Source of the DNA: Pseudomonadota bacterium
GTDB taxonomy: Bacteria > Pseudomonadota > Alphaproteobacteria > UBA9219 > RGZA01
DNA length: 58,103 nucleotides
Assembly (NCBI GenBank): GCA_048498415.1
Contig: JBEHYA010000002.1
Span: 1 to 58,103 of the forward strand
Reading direction: 5' to 3'
Shown: one piece after another, positions 57,665 through 58,103 of the stretch
Numbering within the stretch: position 1 is the first letter of the stretch
How the letters are laid out: each line of letters begins with the position of its first letter
Program-made: the position numbers and the translations under genes
Notes under the pieces: generated by a model
Told to the model about the DNA's origin: nothing
The model's input: the letters and a program-made list of their open reading frames with translations, nothing else
Database searches by the model: none

Positions 57665-58103
57665 TTTCTGTACAAAAGCATGAACGTTTTCTCCCTCTTC
57701 ACGGGGGGCCAGAACTGCTGCCTCCAGAACATCCTTGCTAGCGGTAATCCGAACGGTGTCGTCGTTGACCTCAACCGAGCTAACAATCGCCCGGATATAG
57801 GCCCTGCGTGCTGGACTTTCGGGCGAAGCGATTAACTCCTGCATGAGCCGGGTGAACGACGTGAGCTTTTCAGGGGTGACCTCGCCGGAGAATGCCGCGC
57901 GGTCGTGGGCCCGCTCAAGCGCCACCCGGGCGTTCTCACGCTCGGTTTTGATGGCCTTGAGGCGGGCGGTTAGGATGTCGTCCAGCGAGGCTATGCCGCT
58001 TTCGACCATCTTGTAGAGACGCTTCAGCCGATCATCCGCGTCGTCCACCACTTTTTGTAGCTCGATCAGCCTTTCTCTGGCATCTGCCGCCTGCGCGCCA
58101 CGG
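57635..58103 (-). CDS. Recombinase, C-terminal part (large serine recombinase-like coiled-coil region); N-terminus outside window
   Basis: The frame is open from the right edge (RGAQAADARERLIELQKVVDDADDRLKRLYKMVESGIASLDDILTARLKAIKTERENA...). This resembles the coiled-coil/C-terminal region of large serine recombinases. The last ~10 codons (..RAREESNL*) are the reverse complement of the tRNA-Arg T arm and acceptor end. Confidence 0.55.
   Translation of the reverse strand, partial: RGAQAADARERLIELQKVVDDADDRLKRLYKMVESGIASLDDILTARLKAIKTERENARVALERAHDRAAFSGEVTPEKLTSFTRLMQELIASPESPARRAYIRAIVSSVEVNDDTVRITASKDVLEAAVLAPREEGENVHAFVQKWRAREESNL
57635..58103. mobile_element. Probable edge of an integrative element inserted at the 3' end of tRNA-Arg
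   Basis: A recombinase ORF directly abuts and overlaps the tRNA 3' end. The rest of the element would lie beyond the window. Confidence 0.45.

Noticed and set aside
57523-57786. 87-aa minus-strand ORF spanning the tRNA-Arg gene
   Set aside because: It reads through the tRNA in another frame. The tRNA and the longer recombinase frame explain the region.

Overview
The window looks like a chromosomal segment from an alphaproteobacterium. Hand-counted 60-nt sample lines give about 55-62% GC in core genes. About 85% of it is conserved housekeeping sequence on the minus strand.

(1) Positions 1-23.6 kb hold recN (partial), bamD, lpxC, one orphan gene, and a complete dcw cell-division/cell-wall cluster: ftsZ-ftsA-ftsQ-ddl-murB-murC-murG-ftsW-murD-mraY-murF-murE-ftsI-ftsL-rsmH-mraZ. 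Many of the junctions overlap by 1 or 4 nt.

(2) Positions 23.6-28.7 kb form a lower-GC variable block between mraZ and the RNase P RNA gene. It contains an AT-rich insertion with one orphan membrane protein, a divergent prephenate-dehydratase-like gene coupled to a J-domain protein of unknown function, and a DUF2167/DUF805-like pair.

(3) Next come rnpB, an OmpA-family porin, and pip, which is bracketed by inverted copies of an 81-bp double-hairpin repeat. These are followed by a 1621-aa NAD-glutamate dehydrogenase, a degenerate EAL-like protein, a TauE-like permease, a PPC-domain protein, a DjlA-like J protein and an AmpD-like amidase.

(4) The next stretch is rppH, a yibQ-like gene, ctpA, an envC-like gene, gpmI, rlmH, rsfS, nadD, proA, an orphan, proB, two paralogous secreted orphans, obgE, rpmA, rplU, and a TPR-GT9/GT2 glycosyltransferase pair.

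(5) tRNA-Arg(ACG) sits at the right edge. Its 3' end is overlapped by the C-terminus of a recombinase ORF that runs off the window, which looks like the boundary of an integrative element.

I found no CRISPR array, rRNA or IS element. No known defence or secretion system is recognisable. The best candidates for something undescribed are:
- the AT-rich orphan insertion beside a 10-bp-periodic TGGGN repeat array upstream of mraZ
- the PDT-like/J-protein pair
- the orphan gene between ftsZ and lpxC
- the GNRA-loop double-hairpin repeat family, which occupies the ftsA-ftsZ spacer and brackets pip

All functional calls come from motif recognition by eye. No database search was possible.
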